Shown in pieces: positions 19,486 to 29,273 of a stretch of DNA of 64,000 nt; position 1 is the first letter of the stretch; every line of letters starts with the position of its first letter. Source of the DNA: Akkermansiaceae bacterium (lineage in GTDB: Bacteria > Gemmatimonadota > Gemmatimonadetes > Palauibacterales > Palauibacteraceae). Below the pieces are notes generated by a model. The model was given only the letters and a program-made list of their open reading frames with translations, was not told where the DNA came from and searched no databases. The stretch is taken from the NCBI GenBank assembly GCA_964195715.1, contig CAXMRU010000057.1:5015-69014 (forward strand), written 5' to 3'. The position numbers and the translations under genes are program-made.

Positions 19486-21498
19486 CTACTTCTCCTCGAA
19501 AGGCACGATCTTCCCCGCAAACGCTGACGCCAGCACTGTGTAGGGGCTGGCAAGATACACCTGCCCCGGCCCGCTTCGTCCGGGGAAATTCCGGTTGATC
19601 GAGCTGACCGTCACCGTGTCCGAATCGAAGCTCACACCCGGTCCGGCGTTGATACAGGCTCCGCATCCAGGTGGCAGCACGTCGATCCCGGCCTCCACGA
19701 ACAGGTCGTGATAGCCCCGGTCGCGCGCGAATTCTTCGACCTCGAGCGACCCGTACTGCAGCCAGGCCTGGACCCGCCCCGGAACCCGACGCCCGTCGCG
19801 CAGCGCTTGCCGCACAACGCGGGCTGCCATTTCGATGTCGTCCCATTTGGCACCGGTGCATGAACCCGCATACACGATGTCCACTTCTACGTCGCCCTCG
19901 AGCTCATCGATCGCCACGCCGTTCCCGGGATCGCCCGGGGTGGCGACCATGGGCCGCAGCTCGGAGGCGTCGATCGTCATTGTCCACTCGTAGATCGCGC
20001 CCTCATCACTGTACAGATCATCGGTCAGGGCTTCCGTCTCGCTGCGCCCCATGCCGCGGTGCGAGACCAGCCAGTCGATCGTGGTCTCGTCCGGCGCCAC
20101 GATTCCCGTAAACCCACCGACTTCGGCCGCCATGTTCGTGAGCGTGGCCCGTTCGTCAATGCTCAGCGCACGAACCGCCTCTCCGGTGTACTCGAGAATC
20201 TTCCCGATCGCGTCGCCGCTGCGCACGTACGGATGGCGCAGGACCTCCAGCATCATGTCCTTGGCCGTGACGTTGTCCGCCTTGCGACCGGTGATCTCGA
20301 TCCGCACCGAGGCGGGAACGCGCAGTCGGACGTCGCGCGTGGCCCACGAGTTCACGAGGGCTGTCGTGCCGACCCCGAACGCGAAGCAACCGAGAGCCCC
20401 GGAGTGCGGCGTGTGCGAATCGCTGCCCACCACAACCTGGCCGGGTAGGGCATAGTCACCCAGCACCTTCACGTGGCAGATAGCTTCGGACCCGATCCGG
20501 TCGGGAAGCTCTCCGTGCAGCCGAATTCCCTGCTTCGCCGCGAACTCGCGCTGCCGATCGTGGAGCCCGTGGGCCGCGTCGAGCAGGCCCGCTGCCTTCT
20601 TCTCCTCACTGATCACCTGATCCAGAAACGCGAGGTGATCGCGGAAGAAGTAGATGCTGCCAGGCTCGTTGAGTTCAGCATCCTCTCCGGCGAATGCCTC
20701 CCAGAACGTGGCGGCCATCGGGGTCACATACTCGTGGCTGAACCGGATGTCCGTCCGGATGAACCCCGCATCGCCCGGAGCCACCGCGTCTACACCGACG
20801 TTGTCGGCGGCCAGGTCCGCCACCCAGTGCCGGGCCAGGATCTTCTCGGAGACCGTCATCGGCCGGGTCGCCTCAGTAACGACGGCCGGTACCTGCACCA
20901 GGCTCTTCAGACGCGCCACGGCATAGTCCAGCAGGCCGCCATACTCGATGATGTCCCTCTGGATCTTGCCGGCCTCGCCGATGAAGGACTCGAGCGGAAT
21001 CTCTTCGCCCCTGCGGATGCGATCGATCAGCGAGAAATCCGTGGAAGTGAAGATGCCCAGATTCTCGCAGTTCTCACGGTAGATCCGCTCGATATTTTCG
21101 GCGATGACGACCCGGATGCCGGCGGCGCGCTCCGCGTACGGCGCGGCCTCACGACTCGACCCCTTCCCCCGGCGCTTGCCCGAAACGGCCGCCACGAAGC
21201 TTCCACCGATCACATCGCCCTTGCCGACCGGGTGCTCGCCCTCGCAGAGGAGGCCGACGTATGGATACTGCCCCAGCGTCTCGTCGTAGTAGTAGCACAC
21301 CCAGCCAGGTGTGATCTCATCGGTGCTGATATCGTTGCGGAGGGGAATGGACGGATCCCAATCCAGGTCCTCTCCGGCCAGTTGTCGTCGGATCAGCTCC
21401 GGGTCCTCGGTCAGAAACAGGACTCTGCCCTTCAGGCGCACCGTCGCCGGTCGTTTGCTCACCTCACGTGCCAGCAGTCTATCGAGCATCTGCACCAC
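19486..21498 (-). CDS. aconitase-family hydro-lyase (fused LeuD-like swivel + LeuC-like catalytic domains)
   Basis: The N-terminal 190 aa resemble the small-subunit swivel domain. The C-terminal part has the Fe-S cluster motifs GSDSHTPHSG and GCGACINAGPG. Large-subunit catalytic domain follows small-subunit swivel domain. Confidence 0.7.
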   Translation of the reverse strand: MVQMLDRLLAREVSKRPATVRLKGRVLFLTEDPELIRRQLAGEDLDWDPSIPLRNDISTDEITPGWVCYYYDETLGQYPYVGLLCEGEHPVGKGDVIGGSFVAAVSGKRRGKGSSREAAPYAERAAGIRVVIAENIERIYRENCENLGIFTSTDFSLIDRIRRGEEIPLESFIGEAGKIQRDIIEYGGLLDYAVARLKSLVQVPAVVTEATRPMTVSEKILARHWVADLAADNVGVDAVAPGDAGFIRTDIRFSHEYVTPMAATFWEAFAGEDAELNEPGSIYFFRDHLAFLDQVISEEKKAAGLLDAAHGLHDRQREFAAKQGIRLHGELPDRIGSEAICHVKVLGDYALPGQVVVGSDSHTPHSGALGCFAFGVGTTALVNSWATRDVRLRVPASVRIEITGRKADNVTAKDMMLEVLRHPYVRSGDAIGKILEYTGEAVRALSIDERATLTNMAAEVGGFTGIVAPDETTIDWLVSHRGMGRSETEALTDDLYSDEGAIYEWTMTIDASELRPMVATPGDPGNGVAIDELEGDVEVDIVYAGSCTGAKWDDIEMAARVVRQALRDGRRVPGRVQAWLQYGSLEVEEFARDRGYHDLFVEAGIDVLPPGCGACINAGPGVSFDSDTVTVSSINRNFPGRSGPGQVYLASPYTVLASAFAGKIVPFEEK

Positions 21499-21750
21499 CG
21501 CTCAGGGAACGCCGTAAGTTCTTTCCTGACGCTTTTTCGCCGGCGGCCTCTTCGCCTTCACGTCCGGAATCGGGGGCGGTCAATCTATTCAGGGCGACAC
21601 GGCGAGGCGACCCTGCCGGCGCGCGGACACGACGAGTCGCATCGGATCGCCCGAACCCGCTCCTCCCATTATACTCAACGCCCCTCGCGACCCTCGAATC
21701 AGAGGGGTGCGAGACTGTACCATAAGTGTACCATAATTGAGAGGTTCGTC

Positions 21751-22353
21751 ATGACTACCGTTTTCGTCCGCTTCACACTTGTGGCCTTCGTTGTCGTGGC
21801 GGCGGGGTGCAACAAGGTCAACCAGGACCAGTTCGACCAGTCGATGGCGCATATGCAGTCGCAGTTGGACGAGCAGGACGCCGGCATCGAGACCAACGCA
21901 GCAGGCATCGAGGCGCTACAGGCAGAACTGGACGCCTTGCAGGCAGATCTCGAGGAGCTGGCAGACGAGTATCAAGCGAGCGTGGAGCGGTTCCAGGATC
22001 ACATCCTGTTCGCGACGCCCGTCAACTTCGAGTTCGATTCATACGATGTGCGCGACGGCGACTATGTTTTCCTCGACCGCTTCGCCATGGTCGTGAGCCA
22101 CCACTACGGCAGCTCCGTCGTGACCATCCAGGGCTTCGCGGACCCGGCGGGTCCGGAGGACTACAACAGGCTTCTGTCGCAGAAGCGGGCCGAGAAAGTG
22201 GCCGCGTACCTCGTCGATCGGGGACTCGACGCCGGTTCGGTCCGTGCGGTAGGCCTGGGTGAGGTCCGGCCGGTGGCTCCCGGCGAGTGGGGGGAGGCCG
22301 AAGGAGGCTTGAAGAACCGGCGCGTCACGTTCGTGATCGAGTCAGCCGGATAA
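21751..22353 (+). CDS. OmpA-family lipoprotein (peptidoglycan-associated)
   Basis: ATG at 21751 preceded by GAGAGG. Lipobox VVAAGCN. Coiled-coil linker. OmpA C-terminal domain (TIQGFADPAGPEDYNRLLSQKRAEKVAAYLV ... NRRVTFVI). Confidence 0.8.
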   Translation: MTTVFVRFTLVAFVVVAAGCNKVNQDQFDQSMAHMQSQLDEQDAGIETNAAGIEALQAELDALQADLEELADEYQASVERFQDHILFATPVNFEFDSYDVRDGDYVFLDRFAMVVSHHYGSSVVTIQGFADPAGPEDYNRLLSQKRAEKVAAYLVDRGLDAGSVRAVGLGEVRPVAPGEWGEAEGGLKNRRVTFVIESAG

Positions 22354-22413
22354 TCGTCGCACACCGCGGGGCGGGGCCTCTCACGCCTCGCGGTTTCTTG
22401 CTGGGAGGGCCGT

Positions 22414-22752
22414 TTGAGCACGATCAGCTACGACGAGTTCGAAAAGGTCGACATCCGGGTCGGCACGATTGTCGAGGCCGAGGAGTTTCCCCGGGCCCGG
22501 AAACCACTGTACCGACTCCGAATCGATTTCGGCCCCGAAGTCGGGGAGCGGCAGTCGGCGGCCGGCCTTCCCGGACGTTACCTGCTGGAAGAGCTGGTCG
22601 GCAGGCAGGTGATCGCGGTCCTTAATCTCGGGGTCCGCAACATCGCGGGCTTCGAGTCGGAGTGTCTGACGCTCGGACTTCCGGACGAGGAAGGGGAGAC
22701 CATCCTCCTGGCACCCACCTGTGCCGTTCCGAACGGCGGCAAGATCTTCTGA
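22414..22752 (+). CDS. tRNA-binding protein (CsaA/EMAP/Myf-like)
   Basis: 112 aa. FEKVDIRVGTIVEAEEFP ... LTLG is a classic tRNA-binding OB fold. Confidence 0.8.
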   Translation: MSTISYDEFEKVDIRVGTIVEAEEFPRARKPLYRLRIDFGPEVGERQSAAGLPGRYLLEELVGRQVIAVLNLGVRNIAGFESECLTLGLPDEEGETILLAPTCAVPNGGKIF

Positions 22753-22773
22753 CCTTCCAGGCCAAGAGAAAGA

Positions 22774-23727
22774 ATGGAGAATCCGGAGCCCGGCGACGGC
22801 TACACGGCTCTCACCGAGAGCGTAGCGACCTGGACGGATCCTGACCGGGTCGTCATCCGAATCGGAGGGCCACGGGCCGACCGGATGCTCAACGGTCTGC
22901 TCAGCACGGATATCACGCTGCTGCAACCCGGCGATGCCGCTCTCTCTTTCGTCCTTACGTCGAAGGGGCGTCCGGTAGCCCTTCCGAGAGTCATTCGCAC
23001 GCAGGACGCGATTCTGCTCGATGTCAGTCGAGCTGCCCTGTCCGGCCTTCTCGACCACTTCGGGACGTATCTGCCGCCGAGATTCGCCACCGTCACGCTC
23101 CTCGAGGGAGCGAGACGGATCAGTCTTTTAGGTCCCCGCTCCGAAGGCGTGGCAGCCGAAGTGGCAGCCGCCTCGGGCTGTCTGTTCATCCCGAGGCACC
23201 TCTCCGACGGCGGAGGCGTGGATATATACTTGCTTTCGGATGAGGATCGATCGGCCGTGGTCACCATCGAGGTAGCCATCTCCGCCGCCGGTGGACTGAG
23301 CGCATCGGCCGCGGACTACAACACCTGGCGCATCGAGCGAGGGATCCCGGTCTTCGGGGCCGACATCACCGCGGACAATCTGCCGCAGGAGACGGGCCTA
23401 GTGGAACGCGCCGTGAGCTTCGACAAGGGGTGCTTTACTGGCCAGGAGGTGGTGGCTCGCATCCACTATCGCGGCCACGTCAACCGCCACCTGCGCGGCC
23501 TCCGGTCCACCGACCCGTCCACCCGATCATGCCTCCAGCCCGAAGTGGCCCTGTACTCGAAAGGGCGGGCCGTGGGCGCCGTGACGTCTTCGTGCGACTC
23601 GCCACGCTTTGGACCTATCTGCCTGGCCTACGTGCGGCGAGAGGTCGCCCCCGGCGATGAGATCGGAGTATCGCCGGACGTCCAGACCGGTTGGCTTGTG
23701 AGCGAGATTCCCTTTACGTCACCGTAA
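22774..23727 (+). CDS. YgfZ/GcvT-like folate-binding protein
   Basis: YNTWRIERGIPVFGADITADNLPQETGL..VSFDKGCFTGQEVVARIHYRGHVNR matches the YgfZ signature. Confidence 0.75.
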   Translation: MENPEPGDGYTALTESVATWTDPDRVVIRIGGPRADRMLNGLLSTDITLLQPGDAALSFVLTSKGRPVALPRVIRTQDAILLDVSRAALSGLLDHFGTYLPPRFATVTLLEGARRISLLGPRSEGVAAEVAAASGCLFIPRHLSDGGGVDIYLLSDEDRSAVVTIEVAISAAGGLSASAADYNTWRIERGIPVFGADITADNLPQETGLVERAVSFDKGCFTGQEVVARIHYRGHVNRHLRGLRSTDPSTRSCLQPEVALYSKGRAVGAVTSSCDSPRFGPICLAYVRREVAPGDEIGVSPDVQTGWLVSEIPFTSP

Positions 23728-23746
23728 AGCGCTTGGGTGGTGGCGT

Positions 23747-24895
23747 TTGCAGGTAGCCCGAGAGAGGCGTAGTTTGGCCCGCGGTTCCGGCATCTCTCCT
23801 TACCAGGATGGGCACCTGAAGGCGCTCGACAGACGGGACATGCGTTCTCTGTACCGACTCCTGTGGCTCACGCGGGCCCTGGAGGAACGGCTGGAGATCA
23901 TCTTCAAGCAGGGCCATGTGGTCGGAGGCCTCTATCGCAGCCTCGGCCAGGAGGCCACCGCCGTGGGCTGCGGGTACGCCCTCTCGGATGGCGACTGGAT
24001 CGCCCCCTCAATTCGCGACCTCGGAGCCCTGCTGGCCCGCGGTATCGAACCACGCGATATCCTCAGGCAGTACACCGCGCGAGGCACATCGCTGTGCGCC
24101 GGCAAGGACAACACCAATCACTTCACGGTTCCCGAGCTTGGCATTCTAGGACCGATCAGCCCTCTCGGGACCCAGCTATGCGTGCTGAACGGGGTGGCTC
24201 TGAGCTTCCGGACGCGAGGAGAGCCCCGGGTGTGCTTCACTTTCCAGGGTGATGGGGCGAGTCGCACGGGCACTTCGCACGAGGGCCTGGCGATGGCCGC
24301 GGCGCTGAATCTCCCGATCGTTGTCGTGCTCGAGCACAACCGGTGGGCTTTCGGCACTCCGAGTACCGCCGAGGCAGCGGTTGAGAACTGGGCCGATGTC
24401 GCGGGAGCATACGGCGTCCCGGCAGTCACCGTGGACGGCAACGACGTGCTGCAGGTCTACGACGCTGCCGCACAGGCGCTCGCCAGGGCCCGGGCGGGCG
24501 ACGGGATGACGATCATCGTTTCGGAGACGTATCGCATGCTTGGCCACGCCCAGCACGATGGCCAGCGTTACGTACCGGAAGACGAGCTGATCGAATGGCG
24601 TGACCACGACCCGATCCGCAGCTTCGAGATCTACCTGGTCGAATTCGGCTTCGAATCAGAGACCAGCCTCTCGGAAGTTCGAGCTGAGGTCGCCGCGGGA
24701 CTGGATGTAGCAACGGACGATGTGCTGGCCGAGCCGTATCCAGCGCCCGGTGAGGCACGCAGTCGGGTATACGGTAATGCGGAACTCGACGCGGCCATTC
24801 CGTGGACTCGCGGTGAGGTCCCGGGCTACGAAGGCCTGGTGAGGGCAAGGCCTTCAGCGACCCGCGCGACCACCCGGCAGTCGCAAGGAGCATGA
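23747..24895 (+). CDS. 2-oxoacid dehydrogenase E1 component alpha subunit (TPP-dependent)
   Basis: TPP-binding GDG...N motif (FQGDGASRTGTSHEGLAMAAALNLPIVVVLEHN). Overlaps the E1 beta gene start as ATGA. The start is uncertain; M32 is possible. Confidence 0.75.
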   Translation: MQVARERRSLARGSGISPYQDGHLKALDRRDMRSLYRLLWLTRALEERLEIIFKQGHVVGGLYRSLGQEATAVGCGYALSDGDWIAPSIRDLGALLARGIEPRDILRQYTARGTSLCAGKDNTNHFTVPELGILGPISPLGTQLCVLNGVALSFRTRGEPRVCFTFQGDGASRTGTSHEGLAMAAALNLPIVVVLEHNRWAFGTPSTAEAAVENWADVAGAYGVPAVTVDGNDVLQVYDAAAQALARARAGDGMTIIVSETYRMLGHAQHDGQRYVPEDELIEWRDHDPIRSFEIYLVEFGFESETSLSEVRAEVAAGLDVATDDVLAEPYPAPGEARSRVYGNAELDAAIPWTRGEVPGYEGLVRARPSATRATTRQSQGA

Positions 24896-25890
24896 TGACG
24901 AGCGGCGAGACCAGGGAAACGACCTACCTCACGGCGATCCGTGAAGCACTGCAGGAGGAGATGCGGGCTGACGAGACCGTCTTCATGCTCGGCGAGGACA
25001 TCGGCGTATACGGCGGTGCCTTCAAGGTCACCGAGGGCTTCCTGGAGGAATTCGGCCCGGATCGCGTGATCGATACACCGATCAGCGAGGCAGCGATCGT
25101 GGGCGCGGCGATCGGCGCAGCTCACATGGGATTGAAGCCCGTAGCGGAGATGCAGTTTATCGATTTCATCGCACCCGCATTCGACATGATCGTCAACTTC
25201 GCCGCCAAGTCGCGCTACCGGACGGGGATCGGCGCCGGACTGGTAATCCGCGGACCGTGTGGGGCAGGGGCCCGATCGGGTCCATTTCACTCGCAGTCCG
25301 TGGAATCCTATTTCGCCAACGTGCCGGGCCTGAAGATGGTTGCGCCCGCCCGCGCCTACGACGCCAAGGGTCTCTTGAGGGCCGCCATCCGCGATCCAGA
25401 CCCGGTCCTGTTCTTCGAGCACAAGTTTCTTTACCGAAGGATCAAGGAAGAGCTTCCGACGGAGGGCGAGGTGCTCGTCCCGCTGGGTGAGGCGCGCACA
25501 CACCGGCCGGGGAATGACCTGACGATCGTCACATACGGCGCGATGGTGTTCAAATCGGCCGACGCGGCGGATCGCGTTGCCGCAGAGGACGGCAGCGAGG
25601 TCGAAGTCATCGACCTTCGCACACTGCGGCCGCTCGATACGAAGAGCATCGTGGAGAGCGTCCGCCGCACGGGCAGACTGCTGATCGTTCACGAGGCACC
25701 CCGGTTCGGCGGTTTCGCGGGCGAAATCACGGCGCAGGTCTGTGAAGAAGCGTTCGAGTGGCTGGATGCGCCCATTCGGCGTGTCACGGCGATCGACACC
25801 CCGGTGCCGTACGCGCCGACGTTGGAGGACTACTACCTCCCGGGGGAAGAAGACATAGTGTCAGCCGCCCGGTGGCTGCTGGCGTATTGA
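24892..25890 (+). CDS. 2-oxoacid dehydrogenase E1 component beta subunit
   Basis: Transketolase-like pyrimidine-binding and C-terminal domains (TYLTAIREAL, GEDIGVYGGAFKVT, FQSQSVESYFANVPGLKMVAP). Confidence 0.9.
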   Translation: MMTSGETRETTYLTAIREALQEEMRADETVFMLGEDIGVYGGAFKVTEGFLEEFGPDRVIDTPISEAAIVGAAIGAAHMGLKPVAEMQFIDFIAPAFDMIVNFAAKSRYRTGIGAGLVIRGPCGAGARSGPFHSQSVESYFANVPGLKMVAPARAYDAKGLLRAAIRDPDPVLFFEHKFLYRRIKEELPTEGEVLVPLGEARTHRPGNDLTIVTYGAMVFKSADAADRVAAEDGSEVEVIDLRTLRPLDTKSIVESVRRTGRLLIVHEAPRFGGFAGEITAQVCEEAFEWLDAPIRRVTAIDTPVPYAPTLEDYYLPGEEDIVSAARWLLAY

Positions 25891-25976
25891 GGACCCGGCC
25901 TCGCGAAGGCTGTTGAACAATTACAGTCTTTCAGGGCCGGATAGTTGATCGTACCGACAGGAAAGAGGAACAAGAG

Positions 25977-27383
25977 ATGTCCAAGGTAGACGTAATCATG
26001 CCGCAGATGGGAGAGTCCATCGTCGAGGGTACGCTCACACGGTGGCTCAAGCAGGTGGGTGAGACCGTGGAGCGCGACGAGGATCTGTTCGAGATTTCCA
26101 CGGACAAGGTGGACGCCGACATTCCGGCCCCCGTAGGCGGAACGCTGGCCGAGATCCTCGTCGAGGAGGGCGCGACCGTCGAGGTCAACACGGTCGTGGC
26201 CAGGATCGACACCGAAGGAGGAGCGGCGAGCGCGCCAGAACCGGCGGCAGAGACGACTGAGACCGCTCCTGCGGCCGAGGCGGAGCCCGCTACAGCGCCA
26301 GAACCGGTAGTCGAGGCTCCGGTCGTCGCAACACCTGCCTCCCCCGTGGAGGATGAGCGACCGGCCACTCGCGAGGAGCGGCTTCAGACCAGGTCGACCC
26401 CGCTCGTTCGCAAGATCGCGGCGGAGCACGACGTCGACCTGTCCGACATCTCGGGCACGGGCATAGCGGGCCGCGTCACGCGGGACGACATCATGGCTCA
26501 CATCGAGGGCCGGGCCGCGGCTCCTGCGGTTGCCGCTGCGCCCGCAGCCGCGCCCGCAGTTCCGGCCGCGCCCGTCTCCACGCCGCCGGCCCCTCCCGGT
26601 CCGTCCGGCACGATGCAGGTTCCCATCCATGGCGCTACGCTCGAAATCCGCATCCCGGCCGCCCCGATCCGGGAAGGTGATACCATCGAAGAGATGAGTC
26701 GCGTGCGGCTCCGCACGATGGAACACATGTTGATGTCGAAGCGCATCTCGGCCCATGTGACGTCGGTCAACGAGATCGATTTCGAACACGTGGTTCGGCT
26801 GCGGAAGAAGTTTAGGCCGAGGTTCGCCGAGCAGGGCGTGAAGCTGACCTACGGTCCCTTCATCATGAAGGCCGTGACCGAGGCTCTGCGTGAGTATCCG
26901 ATCCTCAATGCCTCTGTAGACGGCACCCGGATCATCTATCACCGCGACATCAACCTCGGGATCGCCGTGGCCGTGGCGGACGGCAAGGAGCTCATCGTTC
27001 CGGTTCTCAAGAACGCCGACCAACTCAGCCTGATGGGGCTTACGACCGGGGCCAACGAACTGGCAGAGAAAGCGCGTACGAAGACACTGGACTTCGACGA
27101 TATCCAGGGCGGCAGTTTCACGATCACGAACGTGGGTGTATTCGGAAACCAGTTCGGCATGCCCATCATCAGCCAGCCGCAGGTCGCCATTCTCGGCACG
27201 GGCGTGATAGAGAAGCGACCCGTCGTTGTCCAGGACACGATGGGGAACGACGTGGTGGGCATCCGCCATATGTCGTACTTCGGCCTGAGCTACGACCACC
27301 GGGTCGTGGATGGGGCGATCGCCGCCTTCTGGCTGAACAAGGTGAAGGAGGTGATCGAGAACTTCCCGGAGGACGTGATCTAG
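25977..27383 (+). CDS. 2-oxoacid dehydrogenase E2 (dihydrolipoamide acyltransferase)
   Basis: Lipoyl domain (MPQMGESIVEGTL...EISTDKVDADIPAP), Ala/Pro linkers, E3-binding domain, catalytic DHRVVDG. Confidence 0.9.
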   Translation: MSKVDVIMPQMGESIVEGTLTRWLKQVGETVERDEDLFEISTDKVDADIPAPVGGTLAEILVEEGATVEVNTVVARIDTEGGAASAPEPAAETTETAPAAEAEPATAPEPVVEAPVVATPASPVEDERPATREERLQTRSTPLVRKIAAEHDVDLSDISGTGIAGRVTRDDIMAHIEGRAAAPAVAAAPAAAPAVPAAPVSTPPAPPGPSGTMQVPIHGATLEIRIPAAPIREGDTIEEMSRVRLRTMEHMLMSKRISAHVTSVNEIDFEHVVRLRKKFRPRFAEQGVKLTYGPFIMKAVTEALREYPILNASVDGTRIIYHRDINLGIAVAVADGKELIVPVLKNADQLSLMGLTTGANELAEKARTKTLDFDDIQGGSFTITNVGVFGNQFGMPIISQPQVAILGTGVIEKRPVVVQDTMGNDVVGIRHMSYFGLSYDHRVVDGAIAAFWLNKVKEVIENFPEDVI

Positions 27384-27617
27384 GAGCCTGTCCGGGAGTC
27401 CCGAGCTACCGGTTCACGGCGGTCTTCCACCCGGAAGGCCGCCGTTTCTTCTGTCCGACACACACTGCGCCGGCCCTTCATCCCACCCCTGAGGGGAACG
27501 AAAGTGTGCGGTTTCGGTACATATCGTCCCGCAGCCGCACACAACGCGCCGGTGAAACTGGCCAAGCAGTACCTTGTAATGGTAATGAAACAAACATGTT
27601 ATGGCGTTCGTGCGAGG

Positions 27618-27633
27618 TGGCACAAGCGTTGCA
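27618..27633 (+). promoter_or_regulatory. sigma-54 (RpoN) -24/-12 promoter
   Basis: TGGCAC-aagcg-TTGCA is an exact consensus GG-N10-GC element, about 120-170 nt upstream of the HlyD-family gene. A GTGTGCGG...CCGCACAC inverted repeat (27504-27542) about 80 bp upstream could be an enhancer (UAS). Confidence 0.55.
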
Positions 27634-27753
27634 ACTGAAACGCTACGCCGTATCGGTGCGTAAAGCAGGATCCAGATACGGTGGAGGGGCGATGTTTCTT
27701 CCTGCCGTAGCCCGTTCGCGAGAACGGGGCCTGAACCGGGCTTCCGGGCCGCC

Positions 27754-29232
27754 GTGGCGGTGGCGGTGAGGCGTTCGGCAACTCAGCATCGAGAGACGGA
27801 GATGGAGAAGACAAACGGTGATGCGGCGGGGACGCCGGTCGGCACGACGCGTGAACGAACACGTCCGCGCGTGATAGAGCGTGAAGGAAAGCCTCGTCTG
27901 TCGCTGAAGAAGGGCCGGGGCGGAGAGGGCTCCTCCACCACTTCCAGCAGTTCGGCGCGTTCCGAATCCGGGTCGCGCGTATCGCGCATGGATGTCAAGC
28001 GCGCCCCAAGAGGAAAGAAGAAGCGGAACATATACATCGGGGTCGGCGCCGTTGCGCTGCTCCTGGTGACCTATTTTCTGGCCCGCCTCGAACCAGCGGC
28101 TCCCACGGTGGACCGGAACGTCATCGTGCAGGGAACCGTCGAGCGCGGCGAAATGGTTCGCCAGGTGCGCGGCTCAGGCACGCTCGTTCCGGAACGGGTG
28201 CAATTCGTGGCCGCTCTTACCGCCGGTCGGGTGGAATCAGTGCACTTCGAGCCGGGCCAGGAGGTAAGCGCGACAGACATCCTCATGGTGATGTCCAATC
28301 CCGATGTCGAGCTCCAGGTGCTCGAAGCCGAGCAGCAGTGGACTGCGGCACAGGCTTCGCTCTTGTCGCTACGCCGGACCCTCGGGACGGGGCTGCTGGC
28401 CCAGGAGGCCGCGGTAGCCGACGCACGAGCCCGGTTCCTTGTGGCGGAGCGCCAGGCCGAAGCGTACGCACGGATGGTCGGTAGCGACTGGGTGTCGGAG
28501 AACGAGTATCAGAACGCACGGGACAACGCCAGCGCTCTCGGGGAGCGGCTGCGCACTGATCAGGCTCGACTGGATCTGATGAACCAGACGAATGACGAAC
28601 AGCTCGCCGTGCAGCGGGACCAGGTGGGCCGGCTGGCCAACATCTACCGCTACTACCAGGAGCGGGCGTCCAACATGCGGGTCAAGGCCGGCGCCGAGGG
28701 CGTTCTCCAGGACTTCGATCTCGAGGTAGGACAGTGGGTGCAGGCAGGCACGACGCTCGCCCGGGTGGCCAGACCCGAGAGACTCAAAGCCGAGATCAGA
28801 ATCCCACAGACGCAGGCACGCGACGTCCAGGTCGGACAGGCCGCCTTCGTGGACACACGCACCGACACGATTCCCGGACGTGTGCGCCGTGTCGATCCGA
28901 ACGTGCAGGGCGGCTCCGTCCTCGTAGAAGTCACGCTGGAGGGAGACCTTCCGACCGGGGCTCGCCCCGACCTCTCCGTCGACGGGACCATCGAGCTGGA
29001 ACGTCTCAACGATGTGCTCCACGTGGGCCGCCCGGCGTATGGCCAGAGCCACAGTACTGTCAGCCTGTTCAGGGTAACCGAAGACGGCAACGCTGCCGAG
29101 CGCGTAACCGTGCGGCTCGGCCGCAGCAGCGTGAACCAGATAGAAGTCGTGGAAGGTCTCCGAGAGGGAGACGTGATCGTCCTCTCGGACATGTCCCGGT
29201 ACGACGACGTAGACCGAGTGCGTATCAGGTAA
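27754..29232 (+). CDS. HlyD-family periplasmic adaptor (membrane fusion protein, MacA-like)
   Basis: N-terminal TM helix, long coiled-coil hairpin, beta-barrel and lipoyl-like domains. Start may be MEKTNGD (27802). Confidence 0.75.
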   Translation: MAVAVRRSATQHRETEMEKTNGDAAGTPVGTTRERTRPRVIEREGKPRLSLKKGRGGEGSSTTSSSSARSESGSRVSRMDVKRAPRGKKKRNIYIGVGAVALLLVTYFLARLEPAAPTVDRNVIVQGTVERGEMVRQVRGSGTLVPERVQFVAALTAGRVESVHFEPGQEVSATDILMVMSNPDVELQVLEAEQQWTAAQASLLSLRRTLGTGLLAQEAAVADARARFLVAERQAEAYARMVGSDWVSENEYQNARDNASALGERLRTDQARLDLMNQTNDEQLAVQRDQVGRLANIYRYYQERASNMRVKAGAEGVLQDFDLEVGQWVQAGTTLARVARPERLKAEIRIPQTQARDVQVGQAAFVDTRTDTIPGRVRRVDPNVQGGSVLVEVTLEGDLPTGARPDLSVDGTIELERLNDVLHVGRPAYGQSHSTVSLFRVTEDGNAAERVTVRLGRSSVNQIEVVEGLREGDVIVLSDMSRYDDVDRVRIR

Positions 29233-29273
29233 CGCCGACGCGACGCGTCGCCACGAGGAGAGAGAGTCACGGG

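Noticed and set aside
20473-21750. N-terminal 426 aa of the 626-aa + strand ORF
   Set aside because: It lies antisense within the aconitase-family gene. Only the last 200 codons (from the ATG at 21751 with RBS and lipobox) form a credible OmpA-family protein.
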